Source of the DNA: Octopus sinensis | Lineage: Eukaryota | Direction of reading: 5' to 3' | Assembly (NCBI RefSeq): GCF_006345805.1 | Contig: NW_021825695.1 | Span: 1-14,711 of the forward strand | DNA: 14,711 nucleotides | In this document: piece after piece, positions 7,834 to 14,711 of the stretch | Layout: each line of letters opens with the position of its first letter | Numbering within the stretch: the first letter of the stretch is position 1 | The notes under the pieces: generated by a model | What the model was told of the DNA's origin: nothing | Databases searched by the model: none | What the model saw: only the letters and a program-made list of their open reading frames with translations | Translations under genes and position numbers: made by a program

Positions 7834-8472
7834 AACCAGGTGACCAGGCAACCAGGCAACTAGGTAACCAGGCAACTAGGTAACCAGGCAACCAGATAAT
7901 CATACAATCAGGCAAATAAGCAACTATGTAACCAGGCAACCAGATAATCCGGCAACCAGACAAATAGGCAACTATGTAACCAGGCAACTGGATAATCAGG
8001 CAACCAGGCAAACAGGCAACTATGTAACCAGACAACTTGGTAACCAGGCAACCAGGCAAATAGGTAACTATGTAACCAGGCAACTATGTAACCAGGCAAC
8101 TAGATAATCAGGCAACCAGGAAAATAGGTAACTATGTAATCAGGCAACCAGACAAATATGCAACTATGTAACCTGGCAACTGTATAATCAGGCAACCAGA
8201 CACATAGGCAACTATGTAACCAGGCAACTAGGTAACCAGGCAACCAGATAATCAGGCAACCAGACAAATATGCAACTATGTAACCAGGCAACCGGATAAT
8301 CAGGCAACTAGGCAAATAGGCAACTATGTAACCAGGCAACCAGATAACCGGACAACCAAGCAGCTAGGTAACCAGGCAACCAGTCAACTAGGTAACTATG
8401 TAACCAGGTAACTAGATAACCAGGCAACCAGGCACCAGGTAACCAAGCAATTGGGCAACTATGTAACTAGTT
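7834..8472. repeat. Minisatellite, about 80 copies of an 8-bp unit (AACCAGGC variants) with a 48-bp higher-order period
   Basis: The AACTATGT variant starts at 7922, 7970, 8018, 8066, 8082, 8130, 8162, 8210, 8274, 8322, 8394, 8457 (spacings 48,48,48,16,48,32,48,64,48,72,63). Confidence 0.92.
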
Positions 8473-8734
8473 AATTAATCAAGGATAAGAAGTAGTAATC
8501 AACCGTCCATTAGTATACAACTAATTAAACAGCAAAATCGATAACCAATAAATCACAACATTATTAGACAACGATTGATCTGCTAGACATGGCAGCTAAA
8601 TCACTCTTCAATCAAAACATGCCATTTAAAAAAAGAAAGGGGACGTTGACAAATAAAACAGTCGATTTATGAAATGGAGTGGTCAGGGCTGGAAGTGGAG
8701 GAAAAACACGTGTAAACCAACGGTAAGCACCAAC

Positions 8735-8777
8735 AACATCAACAACTATTACTGCTATTGATACTACTACTACTAAA

Positions 8778-8850
<73 letters not shown>

Positions 8851-8871
8851 TTAATAATAATAATAATAATG

Positions 8872-8898
<27 letters not shown>
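8735..8898. repeat. (AAC)-(TAC)n-(TAA)n compound trinucleotide repeat
   Basis: Directly visible; (TAA)n runs from about 8807 to 8898. Confidence 0.95.
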
Positions 8899-8903
<5 letters not shown>

Positions 8904-9093
8904 AACACCAGGACTTACAAACACATATAACATACAGAAAATTGCACTACTAGGCACTGCACACATCCTACGCAGAACACTTTCCATACAATAACCATCA
9001 GAGCATCACAACAAATCACAGCATATACCTAAGGCACACAGAGCTGCGCTCGGTAGTGAAGTGAAAGCACGTTATAAAAATAAAACTACTGAA
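8899..9093 (+). mobile_element. Severely 5'-truncated R4/Dong-like non-LTR retrotransposon 3' end inside (TAA)n
   Basis: Encodes TKTPGLTNTYNIQKIALLGTAHILRRTLSIQ* (stop 8992-8994), matching the Q-K-x-A-L-L-G-T-A-x-I-L-R C-terminus typical of R4/Dong ORFs. A ~100-nt 3' UTR ends AAAATAAAACTACTGAAT, followed by an (AAT)n tail. Confidence 0.8.
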
Positions 9094-9204
9094 TGATGAT
9101 AATAATAATAAAATAATATAATAATAATAATAATAATAAAAAAGAAGAAGAGAAGAAGAAGAAGAAGAAGAGAAGAAGAAAAGAAGAAGAGAAGAAGATG
9201 ATGA

Positions 9205-9248
<44 letters not shown>

Positions 9249-9580
9249 GAAGAAGAAGAATTGAAGAAGGAAAAGATGAAGAAGGATGAGAAGAAGAAAA
9301 CGAAGACGAAGAAGAAGAAGAAGAAGAAGAAGAGAAGAAGAAGAAGAAGAAGAAGAAGAAGAAGAAGGAGAAGAAGAAGAACAACAACAACAACAAATAA
9401 TAATAATAACACCACCAGTATGACAGAAAGCAACGGCAGCAACAGTAGAAAGAAGAACAACGCCACCTCCGCCAAGGACAGCAAAAACAGCTGCAACAAC
9501 TTTAAGAACAGCAACATCACCAACGAGCAATACCACCAACGAGAACAAGCAACTACAATAACAACAACAACAACAAGAAT
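9093..9580. repeat. Mosaic of trinucleotide repeats (AAT)-(AAG)-(GAT)-(AAG)-(AAC)-(AAT)-(ACC)-(AAC/AGC)
   Basis: Directly visible; the plus strand is A-rich throughout. Confidence 0.93.
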
Positions 9581-9612
9581 TTGAACACGAACCAATCATT
9601 CATTACTTCTGA

Positions 9613-9645
9613 CACACACACACACACACACACATACAAGCACAG
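9613..9645. repeat. (CA)n microsatellite
   Basis: Directly visible. Confidence 0.9.
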
Positions 9646-9788
9646 AGTTATCACCTTATCTGTCGATATACGCACAGAATCGCTCCTCTTTGTTTTGTTT
9701 TTTTTGTTTTATTTTTTTGAGTAGAACACCAAAGCGAAATAAATAAATAAATAAATGAATAAACAAAACATGAAAAATAGAAGTGTTT

Positions 9789-9816
9789 GGGTAGGGTGGG
9801 AGGGGGTGGGGGTGGG
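9789..9816 (+). other. Predicted G-quadruplex motif
   Basis: GGGTAGGGTGGGAGGGGGTGGGGGTGGG: six G-tracts with 1-2 nt loops. Confidence 0.6.
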
Positions 9817-10084
9817 AGCTGGAATGGAAAGAAAACCAAACGGGAGAATAAGAAGAAAATGATAAACTTGTTTGTTTGTTTCGGGGTCGATGGCGGTGAC
9901 CATTAGATGACAGATGAATACAAATGATGGACGGAACAAAACAAAAATATCGCCATCAGATGTAGTCTCTGTTCTCTTGTTGTTGCTGATGCTGTTGTTG
10001 TTGTGGTTGCAACACTTTGATGTTGGCTCAGAGATACGTCTTGCTGACAATGATTTCGGGCCATGCATTGTGTATGTGAGGGAA

Positions 10085-10226
10085 TGCGTGGGCGAATGTG
10101 TGTGTTAGTGTGTGTGTGTATGTGTGTGTGCCTTTTGTTGTGTATTTGAGAGCATGCGCATGAACATGTGTGCGTGTGAGCATAAATATGTTTAGATAAG
10201 AATAAATATATCTGCAAGTACGCATA

Positions 10227-10271
<45 letters not shown>

Positions 10272-10318
10272 ATGTATGATGATGTATATATATATATATT
10301 ATTATATATATATATGTA

Positions 10319-10372
<54 letters not shown>

Positions 10373-10706
10373 CTATTCTCCATGTATTTCTATTTCTGTG
10401 TATATAGATGTGTATGTGCGTGTGCGTATATATATATATATATATATATATATTCATATGCACATTCAAAGTCATACACCCACACACACGCATACATATA
10501 TGTGTGTGTATGTATGCATGTATGTATGTACGCGCGTAAGTATGTATATGTATATATGCAATTATACACATATATTCATATATCAAATTTGACTTTTTAT
10601 TCATGACATATACTATTACTACTCGTATGTGTCAATCTCTCTCTCATACACACGTTCTCTCTCTCTCTCTCTCTCCCTGTTAAGATTATAAGTGTGTGTG
10701 TGTGTA
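10085..10706. repeat. Microsatellite field: GT-rich, (AT)n, (ATGT)n, (CT)n, (GT)n
   Basis: Directly visible. Confidence 0.9.
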
Positions 10707-10861
10707 TTCCATGCGGCAAAGGCACAAATACATAACTTTTTTTTTTCTGTAAAAATATTCCTTATATCTATTTGTGAATATATGTGACTTTATGCTTACG
10801 CGTTTGTACACATGTAATCTCTATTGTCTCTCTTCCACACTGTGTCTCTTACATAGAATAT

Positions 10862-11266
<405 letters not shown>

Positions 11267-11280
11267 CTATCTGTTAGTAT

Positions 11281-11294
11281 ATACTTGTGTGTAC

Positions 11295-11336
<42 letters not shown>

Positions 11337-11736
11337 GTGTGTATAAGTATGCACGCGCACACACGCGCACACACATGCATTTTCAAAGAGGGAAAAATCG
11401 CAGTACATATGTATATACGTATGTGGTGTATGAATATGAATAGATGTGACTGATTGTAAACATATGTATGTACATCTTTGTTGATGTACAATAAGAAACG
11501 TTTGGGCACACACACACACACACACACACACACGCGCGCGCACACGTGTGCCTGTGTGTGTGTTTCTGTCTACATATATATCCACAGCAATATGTTATTT
11601 ATATTAGTCTAATATTTTGTGTGGTTTGTTTTTATGTGCAGCTGTTCTTATCTTTCTTCTCTTTTCAAAGCAACATAGCACACTGACATATACCCTCTTC
11701 TCATACATGCACATACATATATGCGTGTGTATGTAT

Positions 11737-11772
<36 letters not shown>

Positions 11773-12007
11773 CATTAAACCCAATATATATATATATTTG
11801 TATATATATATATAAATAATATTTATACATAATGCATACATATATACATATTACATACCTACACACACACACACCCACACACCACACAGATATATATATA
11901 TAGATATATATATATATATATATGCATATATATATGTATATATAGTGTGTGTATTTATATATATATTTATACTATGCATATATAGAAAGATAGCAATCTT
12001 CGCATGC

Positions 12008-12066
<59 letters not shown>

Positions 12067-12252
12067 TATATGTATATATGTATATATATGTATATATGTA
12101 TATATATGTATATGTATATGTATATATGTATATATGTATGTATGTATATATGTATGTATGTGTGTGTGTATGTATGCATGAATGTATGCATGTATGTATG
12201 TATGTATGTATGTATGTATGTATGTATGTATGTATGTATGTATGTGTGTGTG
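11281..12252. repeat. Microsatellite field: (GT)n, (CA)n, (AT)n, (ATGT)n
   Basis: Directly visible. Source of the many MYVC/HTYI ORFs. Confidence 0.9.
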
Positions 12253-12278
12253 CGGATGGGGTTCCCAACCGGTGCGAG

Positions 12279-12340
12279 ATGATCAGTTTCCTTGCCGTTG
12301 ACTCAACTTCACTCTTCATTCTTCTCGGTTGCAATTAATT
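12279..12340 (+). mobile_element. Possible highly degraded SINE family A body fragment
   Basis: AGTTTCCTTGCCGTTGACTCAACTTCACTCTTCATTCTTCTCGG loosely follows AGTTCAAATTCCGCCGAGGTCGACTTTGCCTTTCATCCTTTCGG. Confidence 0.25.
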
Positions 12341-12477
12341 CCACATGGCTGATTGGCAGAAGTTGGTGTCTTTTTTAAGTAATGCGGTTCATGTAAGGAA
12401 GACGATAAGTTTTGAGTCATTTAGATGATAGAAGATGAAAAATAGAGAACTCCCGTGATAGATGTAAGCATATATAG

Positions 12478-12480
12478 AAA

Positions 12481-12522
<42 letters not shown>
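12478..12522. repeat. (GA)n microsatellite
   Basis: Directly visible. Confidence 0.95.
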
Positions 12523-12525
<3 letters not shown>

Positions 12526-12726
12526 GATGAATAAAAATGTTACTTTTATGAAGTATTCCTATTAATGTCTATCTGTCTTGACACACAGAATAAATTCTTA
12601 GGGAAAGATAAAAAGAACGATGGAGATATATGGCAGCTGTTTTCCCTATTCTCCGTTTTAGCGTCTAATAAATACAGCTTGCCGGAAAACCATATAATGT
12701 TATACGGCTTAGTGATGAATTGCATG

Positions 12727-12821
12727 GAGCAGCCAGCCACGAAGAGTTTGGCTCTGAGGTTGTCGTCTTTACGAGGATGGGGTTTCGATTCCCGGCCGAG
12801 GTAGATATCCGCTTTTTTTTT
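12727..12821 (+). mobile_element. Remnant tRNA-like/SINE head (family B-like) followed by T9
   Basis: AGGATGGGGTTTCGATTCCCGGCCGAG resembles AGGAACGAGGTTTCGATTCTCAGACTGAG of family B, including the extra T in the B box. T-run at 12813-12821. No cloverleaf could be folded. Confidence 0.35.
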
Positions 12822-13444
12822 AAATTTAGGAATGAATAAAAGACAAGCCGTGCCTTTGACTGTTTCAGTTTCTTCAAAAATGATGTCTCTGTTGCAGTTG
12901 ACACCCGATCTGAACAACTCCAGGTTCGATTTTATTTAGAAAATCTGGTTGCAGAAAAAATCAGGGTCTTTTGAGAATACTAGCTAAGGAGTGACCTCCC
13001 CTGAATGTAGCCAAAAGCCTGAAGTTTATCCTGGTGACATTTCATGCCCAATATCCACTTTACCCATGCTGCTAATGACCTTCAGAAAAGCGTGAATGTC
13101 ACAGAATCCCCCTTATAAACATGAAGCTGGTAACCAAGCGAAACTTTAATATCTTAATATTTGTGTGAGTAAAACAGTTCATTGATATCAGCTCAGTATG
13201 ATATCCTCTCCATGACAACATAAAGAATGTTTTAGAGAATTCTGGTTGCGTTGTATTAACAGGAATATATAATTAATATTGTTCTGCAGCTTGTGTAGAA
13301 ATAATAATTCTGAATCAAATTTAAAATATTGATTAAATAATTTAAGATTTCAAAATATATCGACAAAGAAACACAAATGGAGAGGATTAAACAATCTAAA
13401 TAACCTGATGGAATAAACAAATTTCTGCAGTAGGATTAACAGTT

Positions 13445-13667
13445 ACACATACATACATACATACATACATACATACATACATACATACATACATACATAC
13501 ATAAATACATACATACAGACTACATACTACTACATACATAACATACATACATACATACATAAATACATTATACGTACATACATACATACATACATACATA
13601 CACACACCACATACATACTACATACTACATACATCATACATACATACATACATACTACATACATACA

Positions 13668-13703
<36 letters not shown>

Positions 13704-13735
13704 TATAAATATACATACATACATACACACATAAG
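13445..13735. repeat. (ACAT)n microsatellite with interruptions
   Basis: Directly visible. Confidence 0.95.
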
Positions 13736-13789
13736 CATGTCTACGTACTTATATAACTGATATTATCACAATAGACATATACATACATC

Positions 13790-13881
13790 TTTGTGTGTAT
13801 GTGTCTGTGTGTGTGTGTGTGTGTGTGTAAGATATAGATAATAGATAGATAGATAGATGATAGATCATATCTATATATATG

Positions 13882-13915
<34 letters not shown>

Positions 13916-14059
13916 ACACGCACACACATACATACACACAAATATGTATGTATTGTCTATAGATAGATAGATAGATAGATAGATGATAGATAGATAGATA
14001 GATAGATAGATCTATATATATATATGATCTATCTATATATCTATATATATATATATATG

Positions 14060-14116
<57 letters not shown>

Positions 14117-14163
14117 CTATCTATATATATATATATAGATATATATATATATATATATATATA
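13790..14163. repeat. (GT)n, then two (GATA)n-(AT)n-(TATC)n inverted microsatellite units and a terminal (AT)n
   Basis: Directly visible; arms at about 13831-13870/13877-13915 and 13959-14012/14059-14115. Confidence 0.9.
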
Positions 14164-14711
14164 AATGGAAAAGTGACTGTGAAATAATGTGAACAATAGA
14201 TTTCAGCAGTTTCTTTTATTTCAGTGAAATATTTTAAAGGATTTAAAAAATAAATTCTTCCTTTCATTTGATGTATTTCTACATGGTTTATTCGTTTTAA
14301 ATTTTACTAATTGATATGAATTTTCATACATATTAATGAAGTGTGTTGATGTCACTGTTGTTGTTATCGTTACATATTCTTATTAATTCGATCAACATGA
14401 TAAACTGTTTTTCATGTAAATATAAACGAAGCAACTTTTTTAAAACTGCACAAGAGGGATTTTTTAATCATATTTTTCGAAAATTTGAAAGCAATAGAAG
14501 AAAGGATTAAAGAAATGTAAAGAGTTTAGGATTATTGAATGGAAGAAGGTTTTGGTTTTAAGAAAAGAGTTTAGGATTACATAACAGAAGTGGACGAGAA
14601 TAAGAGATGTAAGATTATTGGGTAAAATGACTGTGTGATGGGAAGTAATATGCGGTTTAGGATAAGTTTAGTAACAGTAAGGATTAGATTTGGGGATTAA
14701 CTATCACACAG

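Noticed and set aside
7790-8339. Hydrophobic repeat ORFs (LPGYIVA..) as a membrane or structural protein
   Set aside because: They arise from the octamer array, switch frames and stop whenever the 48-bp period is broken, so no coding constraint is visible.
4481-8472. CRISPR-like interpretation of the SINE array or minisatellite
   Set aside because: No constant repeat with unique spacers, no cas genes, and the context is eukaryotic.
9198-9584. 128-aa D/E/K/R/T/N-rich ORF
   Set aside because: The (GAA)n phase slips within the ORF (E, then K, then R), as expected for unconstrained microsatellite.
9879-9891. TTTCGGGGTCGAT, exact match to the SINE A core
   Set aside because: Only 13 nt with no flanking similarity; cannot be distinguished from chance or a tiny remnant.
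9914-10108. 64-aa ORF with a signal- or TM-like LLLLLMLLLLW stretch
   Set aside because: The hydrophobic run is a (TTG/CTG)n repeat and the ORF ends in GT-rich low complexity.
14525-14663. TTTAGG strings as interstitial telomere repeats
   Set aside because: Three dispersed copies, not tandem, and not TTAGGG.

Overview
This is AT-rich eukaryotic non-coding DNA (intronic or intergenic) with no intact protein-coding gene, rRNA, canonical tRNA or CRISPR array. It is dominated by microsatellites and retroelements. The tRNA-derived SINE families and the extreme microsatellite density look like a cephalopod (Octopus) genome; this comes from recall, not a search. Main content: (i) about 8 copies or fragments of one tRNA-derived SINE family (family A), six of them packed in one orientation at 4481-5646 and including a 184-bp tandem dimer; (ii) two other tRNA-derived SINE families (3983-4323 +, 6337-6736 -); (iii) two 5'-truncated non-LTR retrotransposon fragments of the restriction-like-endonuclease (RLE) type, R4/Dong-like (975-1712 and 8899-9093), the second inside a (TAA)n tract; (iv) an 8-bp minisatellite with a 48-bp higher-order period (7834-8472); (v) many simple and compound microsatellites, including two (GATA)n-(TATC)n palindromes. 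Almost all ORFs in the supplied track are repeat artefacts; only 985-1257 and the C-terminal end of 8758-8994 are real, decayed coding sequence. I found no convincing novel multi-gene system. The best leads concern retroelement and microsatellite biology, plus a few candidate regulatory islands. All alignments and counts were done by eye.
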